A DNA stretch of 64,000 nucleotides from an uncultured Butyrivibrio sp. (GCA_964441705.1 CAYTWF010000001.1:42163-106162), one strand, 5' to 3'. Counted from the stretch's first letter, positions 1 to 9,930 are shown. Program-made: numbers and translations. The notes: generated from the letters alone by a model not told the origin.

Positions 1-2
1 GT

Positions 3-1547
3 TTATTCTTCGTCACCCAGTGCAACTGACTGAGGCACCTGTGTTTTCTTCCTGTAGCATGCAAATGCGTTCTCCACAAGGTCCTTGTCAGGCTTAGGAG
101 TGATAAGGCTTACAACAGGTACAATTATCAGACCGGCTATCATTGCAAATGCACCACAGTTAATTGGAGACTGCAGAAGGGTTGGGAAATGTGACCTGAA
201 CAGGAGATTCAGAATCATTATACCGGAGCCAAATATGAAGCTGCACCATACAGCGGCCTTGGAGGCTTTTTTCCAATACAGACCATAGAGGAACGGAGCC
301 AGAAATGCGCCTGCAAGAGCACCCCAGGATACACCCATAAGCTGTGCAATAAAGGTTACATTGTTACGGTACTGAATCATTGCAATAACTACTGAGATTG
401 CAATGAATACAACTATAAGAACACGGATTGTGAACACCTGCTTTTTCTCATCCATTTTTTTCACCAGGTTGTCCTTAATGAAATCAATAGTAAGCGTTGA
501 GCTTGAAGCAATTACAAGAGATGACAGCGTTGACATTGAGGCTGACAGTACAAGAATTACAACAAGACCAATAAGTATCTGTGGCAGACCGGAGAGCATT
601 GTTGGGATGATGCTGTCATAGCCTCCTGCGGCAAGGTCGATTTTATCGGAGTAGAGACGTCCGAAGCCTCCCAGAAAATAACATCCACCTGATACAACAA
701 CAGCAAATATTGTGGATATCAATGCACCCTTATGGATGACCTTTTCACTCTTAATGGCATAGAATTTCTGTACCATCTGAGGCAGACCCCATGTACCAAG
801 GGATGTAAGTATAATTACACCAAGAAGATTAATTGGGTCAGGTCCAAAAAATGAAGCGAATATTCCCGGTGTGTCGGAGACCGTTGAATCACTTACATTG
901 GCAAGAGCGTCAAGAGCACCCATAAATCCGCCATTGGTCTTAAGAACGGCAGCAATTACCATTACAATGCCGAACAGCATAATAATTCCCTGAATGAAAT
1001 CGTTAATTGCAGTTGCCATATAGCCGCCTGCGATAACATATATTCCTGTAAGAATTGCCATTACAATAATACATACGGAGTAATCAATGTTAAAGGCCAT
1101 TCCAAAAAGTCTTGAAAGACCATTATACAGTGAGGCAGTGTAAGGAATCAGGAATACAAATACAATAAGTGAGGCCCCGATTTTCAGTGCCTTAGAGCCA
1201 TATCTTTTGCCAAAAAACTCAGGCATAGTGGCTGAATCAAGGTGCTGGCTCATAATTCTTGTGCGTCGACCAAGGACAAACCATGCCATAAATGAACCAA
1301 CCAGTGCATTGCCTATTCCAATCCAGGTGGAGGCAATACCGTAGCGCCAGCCGAACTGACCGGCATATCCAATAAAAATAACTGCTGAAAAGTAGGAGGT
1401 TCCATAGGCAAAGGCTGTAAGCCATGGACCTACGCTTCTTCCTCCAAGCACAAAGCCATTAACATCTGTCGCTTTTTTGCGGCAGAACAGACCGATACCA
1501 ATCATTACTCCAAAGAAAAGTACCAGCATAAGAATCTTAATTACCAT
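3..1547 (-). CDS. Sodium:solute symporter (SSS family, PutP/PanF-like)
   Basis: 514 aa, many TM segments; N-terminal 'FVLGGRSVGPWLTAFAYGTSYFSA', 'TMPEFFGKRY', 'YVIAGGYMATAINDFIQG', 'SASMSTLSS' are typical of the SSS family; RBS AAGGAG upstream. Confidence 0.9.
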   Translation of the reverse strand: MVIKILMLVLFFGVMIGIGLFCRKKATDVNGFVLGGRSVGPWLTAFAYGTSYFSAVIFIGYAGQFGWRYGIASTWIGIGNALVGSFMAWFVLGRRTRIMSQHLDSATMPEFFGKRYGSKALKIGASLIVFVFLIPYTASLYNGLSRLFGMAFNIDYSVCIIVMAILTGIYVIAGGYMATAINDFIQGIIMLFGIVMVIAAVLKTNGGFMGALDALANVSDSTVSDTPGIFASFFGPDPINLLGVIILTSLGTWGLPQMVQKFYAIKSEKVIHKGALISTIFAVVVSGGCYFLGGFGRLYSDKIDLAAGGYDSIIPTMLSGLPQILIGLVVILVLSASMSTLSSLVIASSSTLTIDFIKDNLVKKMDEKKQVFTIRVLIVVFIAISVVIAMIQYRNNVTFIAQLMGVSWGALAGAFLAPFLYGLYWKKASKAAVWCSFIFGSGIMILNLLFRSHFPTLLQSPINCGAFAMIAGLIIVPVVSLITPKPDKDLVENAFACYRKKTQVPQSVALGDEE

Positions 1548-1603
1548 ATCTTTTTTCTCCTTTTTGCAACTTTAACACTTTTAAGTGATAAAGCATAAAT
1601 TGT

Positions 1604-1636
1604 AAAAATCATCCCGTCTTTGCAGGCGGGAATGAT
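1604..1636 (-). terminator. Putative intrinsic terminator after the acyl-CoA ligase
   Basis: Imperfect hairpin ATCATCCCGTCT-ttgc-AGGCGGGAATGAT; the A-run at 1604-1608 gives a U-tract on the minus strand. Confidence 0.6.
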
Positions 1637-1637
1637 C

Positions 1638-3275
1638 TTAACCTCTGTTCTGAGCTTCTACAAGTCTTTCACCACAATATTTATCTCTTAATTTAGGCTT
1701 TTCTATCTTGCCGGTAGGGTTACGTGGAATCTTGTCAAAAATAACCCTGTGCGGACGCTTATACCTTGGCAGTGCAAGGCAGAAATCGTTAATCTCCTGT
1801 TCACTGCAGATGCATCCCGGCTTCAGCTCAATAATAGCCGCGGCAATCTCGCCCAGTCTTTTATCCGGGAGACCAATTACTGCCACATCATGAATTGCTG
1901 AGTGGGTTCGCAGGAAATCCTCAATCTGTACAGGATACAGATTCTCGCCACCACTGATAATAACGTCCTTCTTACGGTCTACAAGGAAATAGAAGCCGTC
2001 CTTGTCACGCTCTGCCATATCACCGGTGAACAGCCAGCCATCGCGCAGTACCTCTGCTGTGGCCCGTGGGTCATTGTAATAGCAGGTCATAACACCTGGA
2101 CCCTTAACACACAGCTCGCCAACCTTTTCATTGCCCTCGATTGTGCAGCCCTGCTCGTCAACGATTCGTACCTCCCAGCCAAAGCCCGGTAAACCAATAG
2201 CTCCAACCTTATGTATGTTCTCAACTCCAAGATGAACACAGCCAGGTCCAATGGATTCACTGAGACCATAGTTAGTATCATACTGGTGGTTAGGAAAATA
2301 TTCCTTCCAATGCTTAATCAGACTTGGTGGAACAGGCTGTGCACCAATGTGCATCAGACGCCACTGTGACAGCTCATAATCGGCAAGCTTGATTTCACCA
2401 CTGTCTATTGCCTCAAGTATATCCTGTGCCCATGGCACCAGCAGCCATACAATTGTGCAGTGCTCCTTGGAAACAGCATCCATAATGAATTTGGGCTTGG
2501 TTCCCTTTAAAAGAACAGCCTTGCTGCCTGATAGCAGTGAACCGAACCAGTGCATCTTGGCTCCGGTATGGTACAGCGGCGGTATGCATAAAAATACATC
2601 CTCCTTGGTCTGACCATGATGTGCCTGCTCAACTCTTGCGGCATGAAGAAGACTTTCATGATTATGTAAAATAGCCTTGGGAAAACCGGTGGTTCCTGAT
2701 GAAAAATATATTGCAGCATCATCCTCATCCCTGATTGTAATGGCAGGAGCGTGGCTTGAGCAGTTAGCAGTCAGCTTATGATAGTCCTCTGCAAAGGTAG
2801 GACAGTTATCGCCAACGAAGAAGAGCAGTCTGTTGCGGCTGATTCTGTCTGCAATCTCCTCAACTCGGCCAATGAATTCGGGACCGAATACAAGAATGTC
2901 AACCTCCGCAAGGTTAACGCAGTATTCAATCTCGTCAGGCGCATATCTAAAGTTCAGTGGAACGGCAAGTGCACCGGTCTTAAGGATTCCAAAGTATATT
3001 GGGAGCCATTCAAGACAATTCATAAGAAGAATCGCAACCTTATCTCCCTTCTTGACACCACGGCTGATAAGAAGATTGGCAAATCTGTTGGCCTTCTCAT
3101 CAAAAACATTCCATGTAATCTCTCTTCTGTAATGTGTGGTAGGATTAGGCTCCATGAGCTCGTATTCCTTCCAGGTAACACGTCTTGTTTCCTGAACCTC
3201 AGGATTAATCTCTACAAGACATATGTCATCGCCATATTTGCGGCAATTATCATCCAGTAAATCTGTAATTGGCAT
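1638..3275 (-). CDS. AMP-dependent acyl-CoA synthetase / ligase
   Basis: AMP-binding P-loop 'YFSSGTTGFPKA', 'NYGLSE', 'WLFTGD', 'DRKKDVIISGGENLYP', 'IPRNPTGKIEK'. Confidence 0.92.
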   Translation of the reverse strand: MPITDLLDDNCRKYGDDICLVEINPEVQETRRVTWKEYELMEPNPTTHYRREITWNVFDEKANRFANLLISRGVKKGDKVAILLMNCLEWLPIYFGILKTGALAVPLNFRYAPDEIEYCVNLAEVDILVFGPEFIGRVEEIADRISRNRLLFFVGDNCPTFAEDYHKLTANCSSHAPAITIRDEDDAAIYFSSGTTGFPKAILHNHESLLHAARVEQAHHGQTKEDVFLCIPPLYHTGAKMHWFGSLLSGSKAVLLKGTKPKFIMDAVSKEHCTIVWLLVPWAQDILEAIDSGEIKLADYELSQWRLMHIGAQPVPPSLIKHWKEYFPNHQYDTNYGLSESIGPGCVHLGVENIHKVGAIGLPGFGWEVRIVDEQGCTIEGNEKVGELCVKGPGVMTCYYNDPRATAEVLRDGWLFTGDMAERDKDGFYFLVDRKKDVIISGGENLYPVQIEDFLRTHSAIHDVAVIGLPDKRLGEIAAAIIELKPGCICSEQEINDFCLALPRYKRPHRVIFDKIPRNPTGKIEKPKLRDKYCGERLVEAQNRG

Positions 3276-3292
3276 TGTAAAATCCTCTCTTT

Positions 3293-3335
3293 CGCTTTAA
3301 TAGTTAAAAGCGTTACGCTTTTATGTACTAAAGTG
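3293..3335. promoter_or_regulatory. Two tandem 20-bp palindromic operator-like sites (CRCTTT-N8-AAAGYR) in the acyl-CoA ligase leader
   Basis: CGCTTTAATAGTTAAAAGCG (3293-3312) and CGCTTTTATGTACTAAAGTG (3316-3335); a third match at 1576-1595 upstream of the symporter. Confidence 0.5.
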
Positions 3336-3480
3336 TTTATATTATATAATAATTGCACAAAAAAATAAAGAAGAAAATACTTTTTTTATTAAAATTAATG
3401 GTATTTTATGTTCGTTCGTTGTAGTTTATTTTTGGATGTAGTATACTTGATATAAATGTATTACGTATGGGGGATATCAG

Positions 3481-3627
3481 ATGAATCCGGGCATTGCAGA
3501 TATGAAAGAGCTGGGAGGCGGATATGTCGCTGGGTCCGAGCTTAAGAATGCAGGGCTAAAATATGTAGTACGTGATTTAATTGATACAGAATGCATTGAC
3601 GGGTTGGAGATTGTTCAATATAATTAA
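3481..3627 (+). CDS. Possible small protein (48 aa), below the ORF-track cutoff
   Basis: ATG 3481 to TAA 3625-3627, MNPGIADMKELGGGYVAGSELKNAGLKYVVRDLIDTECIDGLEIVQYN; preceded by GGGGGA and by TTGTAG-17-TATACT (3419-3447). Confidence 0.3.
   Translation: MNPGIADMKELGGGYVAGSELKNAGLKYVVRDLIDTECIDGLEIVQYN
3596..3624 (+). promoter_or_regulatory. sigmaA promoter of the AAA-ATPase gene
   Basis: TTGACG (3596-3601), 17 bp, TATAAT (3619-3624). Confidence 0.75.
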
Positions 3628-3653
3628 GAGAATAGATTAAGGATGGTGCAGAT

Positions 3654-5264
3654 ATGGGTATGTTTGTTAACAGCTTGATACCATTTGATGCTTTTAGCGA
3701 GATGGCATCAGAACAGTATTACGTTGATAAATCGATGATAATTGATGAGCTTAGTTCTGCTATCAATAAAGTCAATAAATATATATGTATTACAAGACCA
3801 CGACGTTTTGGTAAAAGTGTTATGGCTAATATGGTTGCATCATACTATGGCAAAGCTGTGGATGCAGGAAGAATATTTGACAGTCTTAAGATTGCGGGAA
3901 CAGATGCATATAGGGAGCATCTTAATAAGCATAATGTAATATATATTGATTTAAGTGAGATACCAGAAAAATGTAACTCGTATGATGAATATATTGATAG
4001 AGTATTATCAGGTCTGAAGGCAGATTTAACGGCCAGATATAAGCAGCTGGACATTAATAGTGGCGATGCTTTATGGGATATTTTGAATAGTATACTTATT
4101 AATACCGGTGAAAAATTTGTGTTTGTAATGGATGAATGGGATGCTGTATTTCATATGCCATTCCTGTCAGAGAATGACAGAAAGGATTACCTGCTGTTTC
4201 TGAAATCTCTACTAAAGAGCAAGCAGTATGTGGAGCTTGCATATATGACCGGTGTACTTCCAATTGCCAAATATTCCAGTGGCTCAGAGTTGAATATGTT
4301 TATGGAATACAATATGTTTTCCAGTGTAAAATATAGTGATTATTTTGGATTCCTGGATTCAGAGGTAGACCGTCTGTATGATATCTATAAAAAGAATAAT
4401 TCAAAGATAGGATTTACAAGAGAGGATTTGCGCATATGGTATGATGGATACCATAATGCAGCCGGAGAACAGCTATACAATCCGCGTTCAATCGTGTGTG
4501 CATTAACAGATAATCAGATTAGAAATTATTGGACAACATCTGGACCATATGATGAGATTTTTTACTACATTCGCAACAATATTGAAGCGGTAAGAGATGA
4601 TATTGTACTCATGATTGCAGGGGAGGGCGTTGAAGCCAGTATTCACGATTATGCAGCTATATCAATGGAGCTTGGAAGCAGGGATGAGATATATTCTGCC
4701 ATGGTTGTTTATGGATTACTGACTTATGATGAAGGAAAGGTGTACATTCCTAATCGGGAGCTGATGGAGCAGTTTCGTAAGCTGGTAATGACTAAAGAAT
4801 CTTTAGGGTATATATATAGTCTTGCTAATGAATCAGAGCGAATGTTAAAGGCTACTCTTTCGGCAGATACGCAGACAATGGAAGATATACTTACCTATGC
4901 ACATAATACAGAATCACCTATTTTTGATTATAACAGTGAAATTGAATTGGCTGCTGTTGTAAATCTTGTTTATCTTGGGGCGCGTGACCAGTATCGTGTG
5001 GAACGAGAGGATAAGGCAGGAAAGGGATTTGCTGATTTTATCTTTTATCCTGAACGAAGAGGAATACCTGGCATAATTCTGGAACTTAAGGTAGGGAAAA
5101 CAGCCGATGACGCAATTCAACAGATTATTGATAAAAAATATGCATTGCGTTTTGCGGGCAAACTAGGCCAGCATTACACTGGTGGATTACTCGCTGTTGG
5201 AATAGCATACGATAAGAAAAGCAAGAAGCACAGTTGTAAGGTTATAGATATTAATCCCACTTAA
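3654..5264 (+). CDS. AAA-ATPase-like protein with C-terminal PD-(D/E)XK nuclease domain (AAA-ATPase_like + PDDEXK_9 type)
   Basis: Walker A-like 'ITRPRRFGKS', Walker B 'VFVMDEWD', 'WYDGY', 'YNPRS', C-terminal 'GKGFADFIF...IILELK...AIQQIIDKKY'. Confidence 0.88.
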   Translation: MGMFVNSLIPFDAFSEMASEQYYVDKSMIIDELSSAINKVNKYICITRPRRFGKSVMANMVASYYGKAVDAGRIFDSLKIAGTDAYREHLNKHNVIYIDLSEIPEKCNSYDEYIDRVLSGLKADLTARYKQLDINSGDALWDILNSILINTGEKFVFVMDEWDAVFHMPFLSENDRKDYLLFLKSLLKSKQYVELAYMTGVLPIAKYSSGSELNMFMEYNMFSSVKYSDYFGFLDSEVDRLYDIYKKNNSKIGFTREDLRIWYDGYHNAAGEQLYNPRSIVCALTDNQIRNYWTTSGPYDEIFYYIRNNIEAVRDDIVLMIAGEGVEASIHDYAAISMELGSRDEIYSAMVVYGLLTYDEGKVYIPNRELMEQFRKLVMTKESLGYIYSLANESERMLKATLSADTQTMEDILTYAHNTESPIFDYNSEIELAAVVNLVYLGARDQYRVEREDKAGKGFADFIFYPERRGIPGIILELKVGKTADDAIQQIIDKKYALRFAGKLGQHYTGGLLAVGIAYDKKSKKHSCKVIDINPT

Positions 5265-5281
5265 GAAAAGATGTGATAATA

Positions 5282-6109
5282 ATGGTTGACTTGATTATTT
5301 CAATTATAAGTATGATATGGGGCTTCGCATATGCTGCGTTGATTCACCCATATAACAAGATGTGGCAGTCACTGCTGGCTTTTGTGCTTACAGTGATTAT
5401 TACATATGTTGTTTTAATGGTGTTGTTCTGGCTGGTATGCATACTAATATCACTTACTATCAATACACAACGTGAATATAAGAGCTACAGCAGATTCTAT
5501 GGAGTTATGTTTAGCCTCATATACGAATGTGCTGCATATCTTGCAGGGGCAAGGGTTTCTGTTACAGGAATGAATAAGCTGCCTCGGGATGCCAGATTCC
5601 TTTTTGTATCCAACCATATATCGAATTTTGATACCTTTATTCAGGCGGGAACAATGCGCCGTTTCCCAATAGCGTTTATATCCAAGCCGGAGAATTTCAA
5701 GATTCCTATGGGGCATAGATATATGAGCAGATGCCTGTATATGGCACTGGACAGAGATGACGTAAGAAACGGAGCCAATGTAATCAGCCGTTCTGCGCAG
5801 CTTATCAAAGACGATATATGCTCGGTTGGCGTATACCCTGAGGGCACGCGTAACCCGGAGGGAAAGGGTCTGCTTGATTTCAAGCCAGGCTGTTTCAAGG
5901 CTGCTTTGTGGGCTAAGTGTCCTATTGTTGTATCAACAATACAGGGAACCAATGGAATACATAAGAATTTTCCTTTCAGGCGAACCAGGGTCAGAATGAC
6001 CATAGTAGAGGTTATCAGCTACAATCAGATTAAAGAAATGAATACACAGGAGATTGCAGAGCTTGTGAAAAATATAATGAACAATAAGTTAAGGGAGGAA
6101 ACACAATGA
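5282..6109 (+). CDS. plsC: 1-acyl-sn-glycerol-3-phosphate (lysophospholipid) acyltransferase, PlsC family
   Basis: 'SNHISNFD' (NHxSxxD), 'YPEGTR', 'FKPG'; N-terminal TM helices; start could also be GTG 5273. Confidence 0.8.
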   Translation: MVDLIISIISMIWGFAYAALIHPYNKMWQSLLAFVLTVIITYVVLMVLFWLVCILISLTINTQREYKSYSRFYGVMFSLIYECAAYLAGARVSVTGMNKLPRDARFLFVSNHISNFDTFIQAGTMRRFPIAFISKPENFKIPMGHRYMSRCLYMALDRDDVRNGANVISRSAQLIKDDICSVGVYPEGTRNPEGKGLLDFKPGCFKAALWAKCPIVVSTIQGTNGIHKNFPFRRTRVRMTIVEVISYNQIKEMNTQEIAELVKNIMNNKLREETQ

Positions 6110-6957
6110 TTTATCTGCTTTATAATCCGCTCTCCAACAACATGAAGGCGGCTGGCAGAATTGAGGCTGTCAGAAAGGAGTACGAGGGTCAGGATATTAA
6201 GGAAGTCAATCTGGTTCAGCTTACGGATTACAGCAGTCTGGTTAAGGAGCTTCGTAGTGATGACATTATATGTCTTCTTGGTGGAGACGGAACGCTTAAC
6301 AGATTCATCAATTACATTAAGGACCTGAATATTACCAATGAGATATTTTTTTACTCAGCCGGTACAGGCAATGACTTTAAAAATGATGTGACCGACAAGG
6401 AGTATGAAGGTGGAATTAAGCTTAATGATTATATTAAGAGCCTTCCTACAGTAAGAATATATGATGAGGAATATCGGTTCATTAATGGTATTGGATTTGG
6501 AATAGACGGATATTGCTGTGAAGAGGGCGACAGGCTGCAGGCTAAGTCAGACCAGCCTGTGAATTATACATCAATTGCGATTAAGGGTCTTATGGGTAAG
6601 TATAAGCCTCGTAATGCTACTGTTACAATTGATGGGGTAACCAATACATATAAAAGAGTATGGCTGGCACCGACAATGCTTGGACGTTATTATGGCGGCG
6701 GAATGATGGTAACACCTGCTCAGGACAGACTTAATGAGGAGCATACAGTAACCTGCGCAGTTATGTATGGAACCCGTAAGCTCAAAACACTCATGAGATT
6801 TCCTAAGATATTTGAGGGAAAGCATATTAAGTACACCGATATGATGACAATTACTAAAGGACATGATATAACTGTAGAATTTGACAGACCATGTGCTCTG
6901 CAGGTTGATGGAGAGACACATCTTAATGTTAAGCGATATTCAGTGAGCTATCACTGA
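6106..6957 (+). CDS. Diacylglycerol/lipid kinase family protein
   Basis: 'YNPLS', 'GGDGTLN', 'GTGNDF', 'YYGGGM', 'QVDGE'; ATGA overlap with plsC. Confidence 0.85.
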   Translation: MIYLLYNPLSNNMKAAGRIEAVRKEYEGQDIKEVNLVQLTDYSSLVKELRSDDIICLLGGDGTLNRFINYIKDLNITNEIFFYSAGTGNDFKNDVTDKEYEGGIKLNDYIKSLPTVRIYDEEYRFINGIGFGIDGYCCEEGDRLQAKSDQPVNYTSIAIKGLMGKYKPRNATVTIDGVTNTYKRVWLAPTMLGRYYGGGMMVTPAQDRLNEEHTVTCAVMYGTRKLKTLMRFPKIFEGKHIKYTDMMTITKGHDITVEFDRPCALQVDGETHLNVKRYSVSYH

Positions 6958-6972
6958 GAATAATTATTATTT

Positions 6973-7012
6973 CAAGACAGGCATCGGGCGAATATACCTG
7001 ATGCCTGTCTTG
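6973..7012. terminator. Strong hairpin (terminator or mRNA stabiliser)
   Basis: Perfect 13-bp inverted repeat CAAGACAGGCATC...GATGCCTGTCTTG; no clear U-tract. Confidence 0.55.
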
Positions 7013-7029
7013 CGGATTGGAGATTAATA

Positions 7030-7944
7030 ATGGGTTTATTTACAGTAGAGACCGGTAAAAAACAAAAATTCAGAAATATTCTTAAGGAAATAATTGATAT
7101 ATCCGCACATACTCAGATTAATGTGTTTCAGTTTTGTGATAAGGATATCAACTATGATAGAAAATATTCAGTATATAAGGTGACAGTGGATGACAGAACC
7201 TATGTGCTCAAAAGAACGGATAAGGAAGAGGCTGACATATATGAAAAATATTTGAAAGCTTCAGAGCTTCCGGTTCCACAATATTATGGAAGCTTTTATG
7301 ATGGGAAAAATTATTGGATACTTATTGAATTTATTTGTGGAAACGATATTCGCGATTTTAAAGAGGAATATGCTCATGAATGTGCAGTAAGTGTTACGCA
7401 GATTATGAACAGATACTGGGTACAGCATGACAGAACTGATTCAAGATATATCAGGTACATGGATAGAATCACCAAAAGATGTGAATGTCTTGACAATGAG
7501 CCAATATTAGAGCGGACCTACAGAATATTTATTGACAGACAGCGGGACTGTCCTTTAACGCTGAGTAACGGGGACTTCCTTCAGTTCAATGGAATATCAC
7601 GAAACTCACAGATTATACTAATTGACTGGGGATTTGGTGGGATAATGCCGTATGCCCTGGATATCGCAAGACTTATTGCTCATGGAACTGAGGACAAAAT
7701 AACATTTCCTTTTTATATGACAGATTCCTATAGAGCAAAGTATGTGGATGAAGTATACAGGCTTATGAACAATCCTCCTGACAGGGAACAATACAATAGA
7801 GATATTAGTCTTGCAGTACTTAATGAATATATAGAGATGATTGAACGTGAGCTGGGAGATTCTACACTTGAACGTGATAGAACCTTTGAATATTACTATG
7901 AGCATGCTCATATTCTTGCCCGGGAAATCTTAAGAAACATGTAA
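7030..7944 (+). CDS. Phosphotransferase of the APH/choline-kinase fold
   Basis: 'YVLKR', 'LPVPQYYG', 'WILIEFI', Brenner-type 'LSNGDFLQFN', 'LIDWGFG', 'LDIARL'. Confidence 0.75.
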   Translation: MGLFTVETGKKQKFRNILKEIIDISAHTQINVFQFCDKDINYDRKYSVYKVTVDDRTYVLKRTDKEEADIYEKYLKASELPVPQYYGSFYDGKNYWILIEFICGNDIRDFKEEYAHECAVSVTQIMNRYWVQHDRTDSRYIRYMDRITKRCECLDNEPILERTYRIFIDRQRDCPLTLSNGDFLQFNGISRNSQIILIDWGFGGIMPYALDIARLIAHGTEDKITFPFYMTDSYRAKYVDEVYRLMNNPPDREQYNRDISLAVLNEYIEMIERELGDSTLERDRTFEYYYEHAHILAREILRNM

Positions 7945-8005
7945 GAAAAATATCCTGCAAAATGTCTGCTTTAACTGATATTATAATTCCATCGGAGGTT
8001 AGGAA

Positions 8006-8707
8006 ATGGAACAACAGAAGATTTTGGTAGTGGATGATGACAAGGAAATATTATTCTCAATTTCCAAATTGCTTGAATTTGACGGCTTTAATGTTATTAA
8101 GGCACAGGATGGGATGGAGGCACTTGAGGAGCTTAACAAAAGTGCGCCTGACTTGATTATTCTTGATGTTATGATGCCGAGGCTGGATGGAATATCCGCT
8201 TTGATGAAGATAAGAGAGACAAGTCATATTCCTGTAATTATCCTGTCGGCCAAGACAGAAGACTATGACAAGGTGTATGGGCTTACAATGGGCGCCGACG
8301 ATTATATCAGTAAGCCATATAACCCGGCAGAGCTTGGAGCAAGAGTAAAGGCCTTACTCAGAAGATTCAGGGCATGGAGTGATGAACCAGTGAAGAAGGC
8401 AAGCCAGCTTGTTAATGGCGGCCTTGTTCTTGACCTGGATTCCAGGCAGGTTGTAGTAGATGGATTGGAGAAGAATCTCACAGCAACAGAGTATAAGATA
8501 ATGAAGCTTCTCATGAGCAACATAGGACGTGTGTTCCCTGCAGAGGAGATATACGAGAAGGTGTGGGAGGAAAGTGCCGAATATTCTGCTGAAAATACAG
8601 TAATGGTTCATATCAGAAGAATCCGTGAGAAGATTGAACTGAATTCTAAAAATCCGAAATACATAAAGGTGGTGTGGGGCATTGGATATAAAATGGAAAG
8701 AAATTAA
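8006..8707 (+). CDS. OmpR-family response regulator
   Basis: Receiver 'ILVVDDD', 'LDVMMPRLDG', 'GADDYISKPY'; winged helix 'LTATEY', 'VHIRRIREKIE', 'VWGIGY'. Confidence 0.95.
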   Translation: MEQQKILVVDDDKEILFSISKLLEFDGFNVIKAQDGMEALEELNKSAPDLIILDVMMPRLDGISALMKIRETSHIPVIILSAKTEDYDKVYGLTMGADDYISKPYNPAELGARVKALLRRFRAWSDEPVKKASQLVNGGLVLDLDSRQVVVDGLEKNLTATEYKIMKLLMSNIGRVFPAEEIYEKVWEESAEYSAENTVMVHIRRIREKIELNSKNPKYIKVVWGIGYKMERN

Positions 8708-9872
8708 ATTAAGAATTAATTTTAAAATTGTTATGCTTGCAGCTGCAATAATCCTGACAGTAGTATTTGTAGTGAATGGAATAATTGCATTGGATGGTAT
8801 TCCATATTATTATAAGCCGGAAATCACAGGAATTTGCTTTACAGCATTGGCAACAGCCCTCATAGTATGGGATAAAATAATAGTGGATAAGCTGTGCAGC
8901 TATATTAATGCTGACAACGTAAAATTATATAGAAGAATAAGCTTAAATGCCATGCTTATTTCTATAGCAGTATACCTGGTATATGCATTAATAGCTACCA
9001 TTATTCTTAATATGCGTCAATATGATAATGGCTGGTTATATAGATACAAGGAATCACTTATCTTATATCATATGTCATGGATTATTTATTGTCTGTACCT
9101 GATTCCATTACTATGTATTCCATGTGCATTTTCCATTATGATGATGCAGAAATATACGCACAGAGCTCTTGAGATTTCAGCCGAAAGCTCATACCGCAGT
9201 GAGTCAATGAAGATAGACCTGCTGACCAATGTTGCCCATGACCTTAAGACTCCATTAACCTCAATAATCGGTTATCTGGCACTTATGGATAAGGAGGAGC
9301 TTTCTCCGGTTATGAAGGATTACGTCACTGCCGCTGCCAATAAATCCGAGGTGCTTAAGACAATGATAGAAAAAGTATTTGACCTGTCCAAAGCATCCAG
9401 CGGCAATGCCAATATCAAGCTGGAAACTCTGAGCCTTAATATGCTGGTTGAGCAGGTAATGGCTGATATTAATGATGGAGGGGAGCCCAAAAAGGTTTTT
9501 AAATTAGAGCTGGCAGAGGGAGATACGAATTTTTGCGCAGATAATGTATATGCATACAGAATTGTGCAGAATCTCATAACTAATGCAGTGAAATATTCAC
9601 TGGACGGAACAAGAATATTTGTAAGGACGTATACTGATAGTGCCAATGTGTACTTCGAGATAATTAATGTATCCAATTATCCCCTTGATATTGATACTGA
9701 TGTAATAAAAGAACGGTTTGTCAGAGGTGACAAGTCTAGAAGCACGGAGGGCAATGGACTGGGACTGGCAATAGTTGAGACCTATACAACAGTTCTTAAA
9801 GGCAGATTTAATATTTATGTTGCAGGCGATACATTTAAAGCTGTAGTTGATTTTCCAATAATAATTGAATAA
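8682..9872 (+). CDS. Sensor histidine kinase (HisKA + HATPase_c)
   Basis: Several N-terminal TM helices; H-box 'NVAHDLKTPLT', N-box 'NLITNAVKYS', 'ERFVRGD', G2 'GNGLGLAI'; start uncertain. Confidence 0.9.
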   Translation: MDIKWKEIKLRINFKIVMLAAAIILTVVFVVNGIIALDGIPYYYKPEITGICFTALATALIVWDKIIVDKLCSYINADNVKLYRRISLNAMLISIAVYLVYALIATIILNMRQYDNGWLYRYKESLILYHMSWIIYCLYLIPLLCIPCAFSIMMMQKYTHRALEISAESSYRSESMKIDLLTNVAHDLKTPLTSIIGYLALMDKEELSPVMKDYVTAAANKSEVLKTMIEKVFDLSKASSGNANIKLETLSLNMLVEQVMADINDGGEPKKVFKLELAEGDTNFCADNVYAYRIVQNLITNAVKYSLDGTRIFVRTYTDSANVYFEIINVSNYPLDIDTDVIKERFVRGDKSRSTEGNGLGLAIVETYTTVLKGRFNIYVAGDTFKAVVDFPIIIE

Positions 9873-9895
9873 TTGATATGCATTTGCAGATACTA
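9867..9895 (+). promoter_or_regulatory. Candidate forespore sigmaG/sigmaF-type promoter of spoVAD
   Basis: GAATA (9867-9871), 17 bp, GATACTA (9889-9895); resembles the sigmaG consensus GHATA...CATAnTA and lies just upstream of spoVAD. Confidence 0.4.
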
Positions 9896-9930
9896 ATCCC
9901 ATAAAATAACAGGAAAAGGAATATAAGGTT

